Shown here in pieces: positions 1 to 9,414 of a stretch of DNA of 64,000 nucleotides. The position numbers and the translations under genes were made by a program. The stretch lies in assembly GCA_016926175.1 (NCBI GenBank), contig JAFGPA010000001.1, positions 977 through 64,976 on the forward strand, in the 5' to 3' direction. The notes beneath the pieces were generated by a model. That model saw only the letters and a list, made by a program, of their open reading frames with translations. It searched no databases and had not been told where the DNA came from. Within the stretch, counting starts at the first letter, position 1. Each line of letters opens with the position of its first letter. Source of the DNA: Candidatus Micrarchaeota archaeon. GTDB taxonomy: Archaea; Micrarchaeota; Micrarchaeia; Anstonellales; Bilamarchaeaceae.

Positions 1-125
1 GAGGCATCGTCAATATACGGTGACCTTTTTACAGAATATTCTGAATACTGTTATATATCTGGTTAATGCATCCTTAATAGAAAATTGACGGTGCCGGTAT
101 TCCGGTTAAATAAAATTAACCGAAC

Positions 126-515
126 CTAAGCCATTTCTTCAAGCTTTTTTCCAAGAGCATTTGCATTTTCCCAGTTGATTCCAAAGCTCTTTGAATTCTC
201 CCTGAAAACTGCCAAAGGAACAAACACCCACGGCTTTCTGTTCCTTCTCCATCCTATCAGGCAGTTAATGCCGCTTATCTCCTCCCATTTCCGGAGATTC
301 ACGAACTGTTCACGATCAATGTTCAGATTTTCCTTTTCCCATGCCTTTGCCTCTATCCCGATCTGCATCCCTCTTCTGAAAACAAGAATATCCGGGCTGA
401 GGGAATTGACCCCGCTGCCTGCCGCCCTTATCACACAGCAGCCACTGGATGAAAAATAATCTATCAGTTCGCGTTCGGCACGGGATCCCTTGACATAAGT
501 TCGCATAACCTTCAT
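126..515 (-). CDS. hjc: Holliday junction resolvase Hjc
   Basis: 129 aa. KGSRAERELI...VIRAAGSG...PDILV...IEAKA matches the archaeal Hjc nuclease core as I recall it from Pyrococcus Hjc. Confidence 0.85.
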   Translation of the reverse strand: MKVMRTYVKGSRAERELIDYFSSSGCCVIRAAGSGVNSLSPDILVFRRGMQIGIEAKAWEKENLNIDREQFVNLRKWEEISGINCLIGWRRNRKPWVFVPLAVFRENSKSFGINWENANALGKKLEEMA

Positions 516-530
516 TGGAATCTGTTATTT

Positions 531-1073
531 TTAACCGTTTGGAAATCTCATATTCCTAAAAGCAGCATCAACAGACCTTTTTATCCTTCTTTTTTTAGTA
601 TCTTCTTTTTTTGCACTTGCGACCCACCAGAACCATATTTTCTTGCTGCTTGGCGGTAATTTTCCGAAATTTTCCCATGCTTTCCTATTTGCCATAAGTG
701 CAGTCTTCAAATCATCAGGAAAACCGATTTCCCGGGAGACTTCTGTTTTTCTCTTTTTGAATTTTGCCAGCCCTGCACCAGTCATTTTTTTCTGTTTTAT
801 CATTTTCTTAGCGCGCTGAATATTCAGTTCAGACCAGATGCTGGCAAAATTTCTTGGAGTATATCTTTGCATATATTTTTCGTCATCAATTTTTCTTACT
901 GTGCTGTCTATCCATCCAAAGCATATTGCCTCCTCAACAGCATCGGCATAGGGTATTGTTGGTTTTTCAGTATGTTTCTTGTAATAGACAAGCCAGATTT
1001 CCTTCTCCATGCTGTAGTTTTTTTGCAGCCATTTCCGCCACTGGCCTCTGTTTTTTACGTACAATCTAGCCAT
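531..1073 (-). CDS. YdeI/OmpD-associated family protein
   Basis: WRKWL...EIWLVYYKK...PYADAVEEAICFGWIDS...RYTPR is typical of the YdeI family. I chose the internal ATG at 1073 (MARLYV), which has GGAAGGAAG upstream and removes the overlap with the neighbouring gene. Confidence 0.65.
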   Translation of the reverse strand: MARLYVKNRGQWRKWLQKNYSMEKEIWLVYYKKHTEKPTIPYADAVEEAICFGWIDSTVRKIDDEKYMQRYTPRNFASIWSELNIQRAKKMIKQKKMTGAGLAKFKKRKTEVSREIGFPDDLKTALMANRKAWENFGKLPPSSKKIWFWWVASAKKEDTKKRRIKRSVDAAFRNMRFPNG

Positions 1074-2463
1074 GCTGCTTCCTTCCTGAATCCGGCAATC
1101 CCAAAATGTCATATCTTTCTGGATCGTCTTCAGGCAAATCTGGTTCGGGTTGTGCAATAAGCATGTATTCCTCAGGCAGGTTCCGGTCTACAACCGGTAT
1201 TGCTGCTTCAGGAGCGGGGCTGAAGAAGTTGAACATTCCAAATACAACTTCATATACAAAGAACTTGAACCCGTTTAAAATCCCCTGCCCATTTATTTTT
1301 ATCCTGCCGGTTGCAATGCCCTGCTGTATGCTCATGTATTCCCCGGCAATCAGGGAAACAGTTTCCCGGTCTGTTGTAATCATCACAGTTGGATCTTCAA
1401 GCAGTTCAGTTCCAACCTCCTTCACCTTGTTGTTTTCTGTTATTATATTGCCGGTATCTCCTTCCGCAGTTACAATATTCATCCTTTCATTTCCGAACAT
1501 TACGGAAAGCTCTGCCGTATATTCTCCGAATTCAAACAATTCATGATCGCAGTCAGCATTTCCGCGCACATTTTCAGGATCTCGGCATGTTCCTGTTATT
1601 ACAGTTTGCTGTTTTACGCAGTCCCAGCAGCCTGTTTTGTAGTTCTTGTAGCATGTTGAGTCTGATCCGCACCTGTTCCAGCATTCTGATTGCTCAAGGA
1701 ATTCGCCGTTTGCAGGAATGCATATTGGTGCAAAGCAGCTGCAGCAGACAGGACAGCATGATTCTCCGGCACCGCATCCGGCTGGTCTGGCAAATGGATC
1801 GCATTTCTCCCCTATGTTACTGTCTATCTGGCCATTTCCGCAGCAGCATCTGTCCGGGCAGGCGTTTGCTCCGCAGATGTCATTTGCTATTTCTTCAAGG
1901 TTTGCCTGTGTCGGACCGGAATTGGCGCCAAAAGTTCTTGACATTATTCCTCCATCACCGTCTTCAAGGCCCATCATATGGCCTGCTTCATGGGCAAAAT
2001 CCTTGTAATGCTCACCCTGAGGGTCGTTTGCATCCACAGGCCTGCTCATTATGTTTGACCACCAGCCTTTCACGCTGTTGTTGCCATTACCGGTGCTAAT
2101 ATTGTACATATAACCTATGTAAAATTCGGCTCCAGTCCAGTTGGTCTGGTTTCTTGGAGGTTCATTATTGTAGTCTGTAACCATTATACAGTGCCAGTCC
2201 TGGGGCGGATTGTTCTTGCAGTCAGCAGTCTTGTTTGTTATTACCTCGAATTTCATGGTGCATTTGCAGTCCCCGATAGTTCTTGATCCACCGGGCCCGT
2301 TCCAGACGCTTTCTATCTCATTTTTTGCATTCTGTATATATGCATCATCTGCCCCTGAAAATGCGATTTTCAAAGTGATGGTTATGTCACATCCATCAAC
2401 ATTGCATGTGGTCGATGCAAAAGAAATAGATATCATCAAGAGGGCGAATAGTATTCCTCTCAT
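1066..2463 (-). CDS. secreted zinc metalloprotease-like protein with a Cys-rich region and an SCP2-like C-terminus
   Basis: N-terminal signal peptide (MRGILFALLMISISFAS). HEAGHMMGLED = HExxHxxGxxD zincin motif. CGNGQIDSNIGEKCD is a Cys-rich repeat. The C-terminal GRIKINGQGILNGFKF resembles SCP2. Confidence 0.6.
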   Translation of the reverse strand: MRGILFALLMISISFASTTCNVDGCDITITLKIAFSGADDAYIQNAKNEIESVWNGPGGSRTIGDCKCTMKFEVITNKTADCKNNPPQDWHCIMVTDYNNEPPRNQTNWTGAEFYIGYMYNISTGNGNNSVKGWWSNIMSRPVDANDPQGEHYKDFAHEAGHMMGLEDGDGGIMSRTFGANSGPTQANLEEIANDICGANACPDRCCCGNGQIDSNIGEKCDPFARPAGCGAGESCCPVCCSCFAPICIPANGEFLEQSECWNRCGSDSTCYKNYKTGCWDCVKQQTVITGTCRDPENVRGNADCDHELFEFGEYTAELSVMFGNERMNIVTAEGDTGNIITENNKVKEVGTELLEDPTVMITTDRETVSLIAGEYMSIQQGIATGRIKINGQGILNGFKFFVYEVVFGMFNFFSPAPEAAIPVVDRNLPEEYMLIAQPEPDLPEDDPERYDILGLPDSGRKQHG

Positions 2464-2486
2464 GCATGGAATTACCAGAAAAGCCT

Positions 2487-2912
2487 TTAAAATCTATCAA
2501 TTGCCTCTCTCAAGTCAAAGAGATCAAGGGGCTTTGCATAAATCTCTTCGGGCTTAAGCAACTTTATGGCTTCTAACCTTGTTTCATCAATGCCGCCGCT
2601 CATTATAATGACTCTTGTAGATGGCCTTTCTTTTTTTATCGTCGCAAGCAATTTCATGCCATCCATTATGGGCATATCAAGATCAGTTATAACAACATCA
2701 AAATTTCCGGCTTTGAACATCTCAAGTCCTTCCTGGCCGTTTTTTGCCGTCTTGCATTTATGGTCGCTTAATATCACTGCCAGAAGCTCCCTTAGCTGAT
2801 GCTCATCCTCCACTATCAGAATATTCATCTGTCTTACCGAACTCATTATCTCCCCGCTTATATTCGTGCGTTCCAAAGTTTTAGCAGTAAGACTGATCAT
2901 TTTGTTTTTCAT
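2487..2912 (-). CDS. response regulator receiver domain protein (CheY-like, stand-alone)
   Basis: ILIVEDEHQLRE...DVVITDLDMPIMDG...RVIIMSG are receiver-domain motifs. The true start may be an internal Met (MNILIVED). Confidence 0.85.
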   Translation of the reverse strand: MKNKMISLTAKTLERTNISGEIMSSVRQMNILIVEDEHQLRELLAVILSDHKCKTAKNGQEGLEMFKAGNFDVVITDLDMPIMDGMKLLATIKKERPSTRVIIMSGGIDETRLEAIKLLKPEEIYAKPLDLFDLREAIDRF

Positions 2913-2949
2913 ATATTTAATTCATGTGTTAAGATTTATTAATATGTGC

Positions 2950-3705
2950 CTATATCTCAGGTGCCTCTCTAAGTGCACGAAGTAAAATTTTGGCAGCTTC
3001 CTGGGTATTCAGTTTTCCTCCCCGGATATAAAGATTCCTTCTCTTTGCAATGGCTTCCAGGAGGCTTTCGGCATCATTTATTCCTTCAAGGCTGATTTCA
3101 AGCTTTTTTCCAATCCATTTCCTGAGTTTCCGGCTTTCAAGAATTCTTTTTCCTTCAAGATAGCCGTATTCAGGATTATCATCTATGTTTATGGCCTTTT
3201 TCCTTATCAGGTCTTCCTTTTTCTCTCCTTTGGGAAAAACGCCCCTGTAATCTGTAACCATCAGGTCGTCGCTGATTTTTACCCACTGGACATTCCTTGT
3301 TGTTCCTGCAACTGCAGAAACCCTGGCAACTTTTTTTCTTGCCAGCATGTTTATTATAGAGCTTTTTCCGACGTTTGGATAGCCTATCAGAAGGGCCTTT
3401 GCCGGCCTTTTGTCTGTTTTTTCCATTATTGCATTTATCACTGTTTTTCTGCTTTCTGCAATTTTTGCACTTATCTTTATGGCATTTTTGGGGATTGCCG
3501 GCGGTTCTGAAAGATCAGTCTTGTTAACAACAATTATCAGCCTGTTGGTGCCTGACATCCGTTCCACTATGGGAAGCCTGGTTCCCTGCAGATCCCTGGC
3601 ATCCACAACTTCAAGTATCACATCTGCATCATGTATCAGAAATTTCATTTCTTCAAATTTCTTCATTATATCGTCCCAATAAGTTTTTTCAGCAATTTGG
3701 AGCAA
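2950..3705 (-). CDS. circularly permuted GTPase, YlqF/RbgA-like ribosome biogenesis family
   Basis: G4 (VVNKTDL) precedes G1 (GYPNVGKSSIIN) and G3-like AGTTR. This is the permuted motif order. Confidence 0.8.
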   Translation of the reverse strand: MLQIAEKTYWDDIMKKFEEMKFLIHDADVILEVVDARDLQGTRLPIVERMSGTNRLIIVVNKTDLSEPPAIPKNAIKISAKIAESRKTVINAIMEKTDKRPAKALLIGYPNVGKSSIINMLARKKVARVSAVAGTTRNVQWVKISDDLMVTDYRGVFPKGEKKEDLIRKKAINIDDNPEYGYLEGKRILESRKLRKWIGKKLEISLEGINDAESLLEAIAKRRNLYIRGGKLNTQEAAKILLRALREAPEI

Positions 3706-4694
3706 TTTTCAATATCGTCAATATGGGCAACTCCTACTGTTGAATGTATGTATCTGGTGGGAACGCAAAGTGCTATGGACGGAACCCCTCCCTTCATATT
3801 ATGGACAGATGCTGCATCCGTTGCACCGCCTTCGAAAACATCAACCTGGAATTTTATCCTGTTTTTTCTTGCACATTCCATTGTCTTCTGCACCAGCCTT
3901 GCATCTGCAATGTTTCCCCTGCCTGCCCATTCCGTAAGTACGATAGACGGGCCTTTTGAAAGTTCATTTGGTGCATCCTCGAGCTTCATTTCCGGGTGGT
4001 CTCCGGCAATTGTAACATCCACTGCAATGAACGCCCCTGGATCCAGCCTGTAGCTTGCTATTTTTGCCCCCTTCCCAAATGTGGAAACCTCTTCCTGAGT
4101 GGTTCCAACAAGAATTGTGTTTTTTGGAAGTTGCCTTGCAAGTTCCAGAAGCACATAGCACCCTATCCTGTCATCAAGAGCCTTTCCGCTTATCATTTTT
4201 TTTCCGAGCCTCATGAATTTTGTCGGAAAGGTTACTGTATTGCCTATTTCTATTCCAAGAGCGGCAGCTTCTTTTTTGTCAGCCGCCCCGACATCTATAA
4301 ACAGGTTCCCATATTCAAGAAGGCCTTTGCGTTCATCCGGTTTCATTACGTGCGGTGCCTTGCTTCCAATAACTCCAGGTACCAGTCCTTTTCTTGTTTT
4401 TACCAGAACCTGCTGATTGACAAGACTGCGATCATCAATTCCTCCTATTTTTATGAACCGTATGAACCCCTTCTTGTCTATGTGCTTTGCCATCAATCCG
4501 ATTTCGTCCATATGCGCAGCTATCACCAGCGGGTTTTTTGATATTGATTTGTATGCAAGTACATTGCCGAAATTGTCCACCTCAACCTTCAGCCCCCTTT
4601 TCCTGAATTCATCCTTCATTATCTCTGCAATTCCTTCTTCCTGTGAGCTTACTCCGTCTGCTTCTGAAAGCCTGCCCATTAATTCGAAATCCAT
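3666..4694 (-). CDS. M42 family aminopeptidase (TET/FrvX-like)
   Basis: Start chosen at ATG 4694 (MDFELMGRLSEADGVSSQEE...). AAHMDEIG, GKALDDRIG and GTTQEEVS motifs are present. Confidence 0.85.
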   Translation of the reverse strand: MDFELMGRLSEADGVSSQEEGIAEIMKDEFRKRGLKVEVDNFGNVLAYKSISKNPLVIAAHMDEIGLMAKHIDKKGFIRFIKIGGIDDRSLVNQQVLVKTRKGLVPGVIGSKAPHVMKPDERKGLLEYGNLFIDVGAADKKEAAALGIEIGNTVTFPTKFMRLGKKMISGKALDDRIGCYVLLELARQLPKNTILVGTTQEEVSTFGKGAKIASYRLDPGAFIAVDVTIAGDHPEMKLEDAPNELSKGPSIVLTEWAGRGNIADARLVQKTMECARKNRIKFQVDVFEGGATDAASVHNMKGGVPSIALCVPTRYIHSTVGVAHIDDIENCSKLLKKLIGTI

Positions 4695-4754
4695 TTTTCC
4701 ACCAAAGAGAAATTCGGCACACAGCTTAATAATTCTTATCAGAGAAAATCCCCC

Positions 4755-5501
4755 ATGCTTGAGCATACCTTTATCCATCTTCCCAAGTACGGGCCAATAA
4801 AAGAAAGAAAGCTCTGGGAAAACGGGGTAACAACATGGGACGAATTCCTTGATGTTTTTGGAACATCGCCATATCACAGGGAACACTGCTCAACCCTGGT
4901 GTCTTCAAAATATGCGCTAAGAACCAGGGATTTCGGCCATTTTGCAACTGTAATCCCGGGCAATGAGATGTGGAGGACGTTCCCCCATGCCAAAAGAATT
5001 GCCTATCTGGATATCGAGACAACCGGCACAAGGAGATCAGATTACATCACCGTGATAGGAATTTATGACGGGGAAAAAACAAAGAGCTATGTTCATGGCC
5101 AAAATCTGCATGAATTCAAAAAAGATATTGAGAAGTTTGACATGGTTGCGACATTCAACGGCTCAATGTTTGATCTTCCATTTATCATGAGGGAATCAAA
5201 TGTCCGCCTTCCAAGGCTTCACGTTGACCTGAGGTTCCTGCTTGCCTCGCTTGATATAACCGGCGGCCTGAAGAAAATCGAGAAAAAATTCGGCTTTGAA
5301 AGGGAGGATGATCTTGACGGGCTTACCGGCTATGATGCCATTCTTCTCTGGAGAAAATATAAGAAGTACAATGACCTGAATGCACTGGACACATTGATAA
5401 GATACAATGGGGCAGATGTCAACAATCTTGAAAAGCTTCTGGTCTGGGCATATAATGAAAAGAAAAAAGCATTTGAAGATATCACTCGCAGACCGGCGTG
5501 A
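4755..5501 (+). CDS. RNase H-like 3'-5' exonuclease domain protein (YprB/COG3359-like)
   Basis: AYLDIETTG...ATFNGSMFDLPF is a DEDD-like exonuclease motif. The N-terminus has an HhH-like LWENGVTTWDEFL. Confidence 0.6.
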   Translation: MLEHTFIHLPKYGPIKERKLWENGVTTWDEFLDVFGTSPYHREHCSTLVSSKYALRTRDFGHFATVIPGNEMWRTFPHAKRIAYLDIETTGTRRSDYITVIGIYDGEKTKSYVHGQNLHEFKKDIEKFDMVATFNGSMFDLPFIMRESNVRLPRLHVDLRFLLASLDITGGLKKIEKKFGFEREDDLDGLTGYDAILLWRKYKKYNDLNALDTLIRYNGADVNNLEKLLVWAYNEKKKAFEDITRRPA

Positions 5502-5877
5502 TTGCAGTAGTTACCTTTAAGCCAATCTCGTCCTGCTGAACGCTTTGGATCATGACATGGAACTCTGCATCCCTCTGGGTTAAGCTCATGAGTCTGTTTA
5601 CTGGAAGTTCATATTCTATTAGATCCCCGCATGCAGCCACATGGAATATTGCAGTATCTTCAGAAATTCCAAGTTCTCTGAAGCTGAATACTGCGCCATC
5701 GATTTCATAGCTGTTCCGGCCTTTTCCTTCCTCCCTGAAATGAATTGTCTGGGTTTCGCACGTATCCAGAGTTATCCTGCAGCCTGCATTCTGGTCTTCC
5801 AGCTGATACGGTTCTGTTTTTACATCTGCATCAGCACCGCAGCCCATGGCCCCTGAAAGCAATAGTGCAGCGGCCAT
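5482..5877 (-). CDS. hypothetical lipoprotein
   Basis: The internal ATG at 5877 gives MAAALLLSGAMGC, a lipobox-like signal. No recognised domain. It overlaps the convergent neighbour by 20 nt. Confidence 0.4.
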   Translation of the reverse strand: MAAALLLSGAMGCGADADVKTEPYQLEDQNAGCRITLDTCETQTIHFREEGKGRNSYEIDGAVFSFRELGISEDTAIFHVAACGDLIEYELPVNRLMSLTQRDAEFHVMIQSVQQDEIGLKVTTAITPVCE

Positions 5878-6051
5878 TCTTCTGAACGGCGCTTTGCCCT
5901 GTTTTTCTAATTTTCTGTTTTCTGGTTTTGTAATTTTTTTCAAAAATCCCACCCGTGTATAATAGTATATACTTGTGAGAAACATTTTAAATGGCTTTTA
6001 TTGGCCGGGCATTATGGAAACTTTTAATAAGTTCCCAATGAAATACCAAGC

Positions 6052-7104
6052 ATGAGAGGGGTATTTGTAGTTCTTGCTGTCATGCTGTTGTTGGGATGTA
6101 CATCAGTTTCAGAAGAGGCTGAGAAGCCAGCTCCGGTTGTCCAGCCGCCGCCGGAAGAGGTTCCGCTTTGCAGCGGCCCGGTTTGCGGATCCGATGGCAT
6201 AACCTATGAAACTGATTGCGATGCCCTTGATGCGGCTGTACAGAGCTTTGTACTTGGAGAATGCCTGAAGGAGGAAGAATGCATTGAAACTGACGGTGGC
6301 ATGTATTCCGGAGTTTTCGGCTCTGTCACAAAAGGAAACATAAGCTATCATGATTTCTGTGAAAATTCTTCTATATTGATAGAATATGCATGTATTGAAA
6401 ATGAGATAAAAAACAGTTCCATTGAATGCCCGGGCATGTGTGTTGATGGTGAATGCATTGAGCTTAAGCCTGAACTTGATAAAACCTGCAGGGGGCCTTC
6501 CCAGCCAGATATTTATGTGAGGGAAACCGTTACTGTTGCAGGAGTTAATTACACAGATGTCTGCATTGATTTCATAACTGTAAAGGATTACTACTGCAAA
6601 GACAACAATGTAACTGCTGTAAACCGAAACTGCGAACCGGGAGAAAGATGCGATGGAGGAAAATGTGTTTTGCTGGAGTTCAGGTGCAGTGAAACCGATG
6701 AAGGAAGGGATGTCTACACAAAAGGCAAAACCACCCAGAATTTTGGAATCTCAACAACCTTCAGCGAATGGGATGACTGTGATGACGAGGGCACTGTGAT
6801 CGAGCATTACTGCAGTGAAAATAATACTGCGGTTACTGAATATATAAGATGCGAAAGCGGCTACAAATGCCTGTTGGGCAGATGCGTTAAGAGCAAATGT
6901 TCAGAAACTGATTCCGGATTTGACATTTACAAAAAAGGCACTGTCCAGATAGGCGATGACAAATATACTGATGATTGCCTTAATGACTACACCCTGAGAG
7001 AATACTTCTGTTATGGGGATAGGGTGGAAGAGGAGGACCTAAGGTGCCCTGAAGGTTACATATGTGACAATGATCGCTGTGTCGAAGGCTACATCAGAAA
7101 TTGA
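6052..7104 (+). CDS. secreted lipoprotein with a Kazal-like domain followed by four Cys-rich modules
   Basis: Signal peptide plus LLLGC lipobox. PVCGSDGITYETDCDALDAA...GEC fits the Kazal pattern. Four modules of about 65-70 aa follow, with the pattern C-x-ETD-x-G...Y-x-D-x-C...EY-x-C...C-x-x-G-x-C. Confidence 0.6.
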   Translation: MRGVFVVLAVMLLLGCTSVSEEAEKPAPVVQPPPEEVPLCSGPVCGSDGITYETDCDALDAAVQSFVLGECLKEEECIETDGGMYSGVFGSVTKGNISYHDFCENSSILIEYACIENEIKNSSIECPGMCVDGECIELKPELDKTCRGPSQPDIYVRETVTVAGVNYTDVCIDFITVKDYYCKDNNVTAVNRNCEPGERCDGGKCVLLEFRCSETDEGRDVYTKGKTTQNFGISTTFSEWDDCDDEGTVIEHYCSENNTAVTEYIRCESGYKCLLGRCVKSKCSETDSGFDIYKKGTVQIGDDKYTDDCLNDYTLREYFCYGDRVEEEDLRCPEGYICDNDRCVEGYIRN

Positions 7105-7741
7105 ATGGATTATCAGACAAATGCATAATGAGGCAAGCAGGAGGAATGCCCCTGTTTTTTCTGCCGGGTTCAAAGATCCATTCAAGATACTTGTTTTTAC
7201 TTTTCTTTCTGCAAGAACCAGAGACAGCACTACCATTAAAGCAGCGGAAAAATTATTTTCTGTTGCCGATTCCCCGGAAAAAATTGCAATGCTTCAATTA
7301 AAGAAAGTTGAGGCCCTGCTTTATGGAGTTGGCTTCTATCATGTGAAATCCAGAAACCTCCTTGCAATATCAAAAGCAATAGCAAAAAGCGGAAAAGTTC
7401 CGGATGACTTTCCGGGGCTGACTGCGTTGCCCGGAGTGGGAAGAAAAACTGCAAATATAGTCCTTTCGCGGGCATTTGGAAAAAATACCCTTGGCGTTGA
7501 TGTTCATGTGCATCGCATCAGCAACCGCATTGGCCTTGTGAAAACAAAAAAACCTGAAGAAACAGAGACTGCTCTAATGAAAATTGTTTCCGGCAATTCT
7601 GTAAGTGAATTAAACCGGAATTTTGTTGCGTTTGGGCAAACTATCTGCCTGCCAAGAAATCCCAAATGCAGTGAATGCCCCATAAACCGGATATGCAGGA
7701 GGGTCAATGTCGGTACAACCTGCAAAAACTGCAGATATTAA
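7064..7741 (+). CDS. nth: endonuclease III (HhH-GPD DNA glycosylase/lyase)
   Basis: LSARTRD, the HhH motif LPGVGRKTANIVL, and the Fe-S motif CLPRNPKCSECPINRIC are present. The alternative start ATG 7121 would avoid the 41-nt overlap with the upstream gene. Confidence 0.9.
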   Translation: MTMIAVSKATSEIEWIIRQMHNEASRRNAPVFSAGFKDPFKILVFTFLSARTRDSTTIKAAEKLFSVADSPEKIAMLQLKKVEALLYGVGFYHVKSRNLLAISKAIAKSGKVPDDFPGLTALPGVGRKTANIVLSRAFGKNTLGVDVHVHRISNRIGLVKTKKPEETETALMKIVSGNSVSELNRNFVAFGQTICLPRNPKCSECPINRICRRVNVGTTCKNCRY

Positions 7742-7756
7742 AACAAATACTTTCAA

Positions 7757-8524
7757 ATGTTTTTTATGGCATGGGAGATTTGCCTGCTTCCGGCAGGTTT
7801 TATCGGATTCTTTTTGTTGCTGACTTCAGTGAAAGTCATTATGGAATATCAGAGGGGCGTACTTTTTACATTGGGCAAATACAGCAGAACTCTTGGTCCG
7901 GGATTAAACATCATCTTTCCAATAATCCAGGGGGTACGCATTGTCGATACGAGAATAATAACCGTGGACATCCCCAAACAGGAAGTTATGACCCGTGACA
8001 ACGTGCCGGTTTCTGTCAATGCAGTTGTCTACATGAAAGTAATAAGTCCCGAAAAGGCAGTCCTGAAAATCCAGGACTACGTATTTGCAGTTGCACAATA
8101 TGGGCAGACTGCCCTTCGTGATGTTATCGGCAATAAGGAACTTGATTTTGTACTTACTGAAAGAGATAATATTGCAGATGAAATCAAGGAGCTTGTTGAC
8201 AGGGAAACTGATGAATGGGGAGTTGACATCACTGCGATAAAAATCCAGGATATTGAACTTCCTCTGGACATGAAGCGGATCATGGCAAGGCAGGCTGAAG
8301 CAGAAAGGGAGAAGAGGGCGCAGATAATCAAGTCAGAGGGTGAAGTGATAGCTTCGCAAAACCTCAGGAAGGCTTCAGAAACTCTTAGCATGTCCCCGGG
8401 AGCATTCCATCTCAGAACCCTGGAAACCCTGGCTGATATATCTTCAGATCCAAGCAATAAGATTGTCCTTGCAGTGCCCATGGAAGTCCTGAAGGCTTTT
8501 GAAAAAATCGGAAAATCAAAGTAA
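7757..8524 (+). CDS. SPFH/band-7 (stomatin-like) membrane protein
   Basis: An N-terminal TM segment is followed by EYQRGVLFTLGKY...TRDNVPV...ALRDVIG...AEAEREKRA, which is typical stomatin/prohibitin homology. Confidence 0.9.
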   Translation: MFFMAWEICLLPAGFIGFFLLLTSVKVIMEYQRGVLFTLGKYSRTLGPGLNIIFPIIQGVRIVDTRIITVDIPKQEVMTRDNVPVSVNAVVYMKVISPEKAVLKIQDYVFAVAQYGQTALRDVIGNKELDFVLTERDNIADEIKELVDRETDEWGVDITAIKIQDIELPLDMKRIMARQAEAEREKRAQIIKSEGEVIASQNLRKASETLSMSPGAFHLRTLETLADISSDPSNKIVLAVPMEVLKAFEKIGKSK

Positions 8525-8528
8525 TTTT

Positions 8529-9410
8529 TTATTTTTCTATTTTTGTTATGAAAGATTCATATCCCCGGTTGCTGATTTCTTCGGCAATTTTCTTTGCCTG
8601 TTTCTCATCATCAGCAAGAGAGATGCAGCAGCCTCCCCCGCCGCCGCCTGTAAGCTTTGAACCCAGAGCGCCATGCTCAAGGGCAATTATTGTTATCTCG
8701 TCGTTGGTTTCATCTGAAACGCCAAGTTCGGAAAGCAGTACCTGGTTTTCGTTCATGCATACACCTATTACATCTGCCTGGCCCTTTTCCAGCGCTTTTT
8801 TTGCCCGTATGGAGAGTTCTGTGTATTCATCCATAAGCTGCCCGAATTTATCCTTGTTCTGCTGCCTGAGCGTTCCCACCATCCCGACCATTTTTGCTGT
8901 CGGACTGTATTTTCCTGTGAATGAAACAATAAAGTTCAAAGGAATTCCAGGTTCGAAAAATGAGAATCCATGGTCTTTCCTGAATTCCACAATTCCTCCA
9001 TAGGCAGCAACCGTGTTGTCAATGCCGCTTGGATCTCCGTGAAATGCTTTTTCGCCTTCATATGCATGCCTGTTTATCTGCTCCCTGTTCAATCCAAGGT
9101 CATGGTCTTCTGCAATTGCCTTTACCAGAGCAACACAGAATGCTGCAGATGATCCAAGCCCTCCGTATGTCGGCAAATTCCCTTCAAGATGAACCTTATA
9201 TTTGTCTTTTATGGCCATGCTGTCCAGTATATTCTGTATTGAAACAACACTGGTTTCAGGCACGACTTTTTGTTCAGTAACAATGCTGTTTTCCCCGGCC
9301 TTTTTGATTTTGACTACGGATTTGTTGCTTATGCCTGCAGCTATTGCAGGCGCCCCATGAACGACAAAATGCTCCCCATATAAGATTATTTTTCCTCCTG
9401 CTTCTGCCAT
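8529..9410 (-). CDS. mvk: mevalonate kinase
   Basis: GHMP kinase motifs: KIILYGEHFVVHGAPAIA and PTYGGLGSSAAFCVA, plus C-terminal KLTGGGGGG. Confidence 0.9.
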   Translation of the reverse strand: MAEAGGKIILYGEHFVVHGAPAIAAGISNKSVVKIKKAGENSIVTEQKVVPETSVVSIQNILDSMAIKDKYKVHLEGNLPTYGGLGSSAAFCVALVKAIAEDHDLGLNREQINRHAYEGEKAFHGDPSGIDNTVAAYGGIVEFRKDHGFSFFEPGIPLNFIVSFTGKYSPTAKMVGMVGTLRQQNKDKFGQLMDEYTELSIRAKKALEKGQADVIGVCMNENQVLLSELGVSDETNDEITIIALEHGALGSKLTGGGGGGCCISLADDEKQAKKIAEEISNRGYESFITKIEK

Positions 9411-9414
9411 ATTA

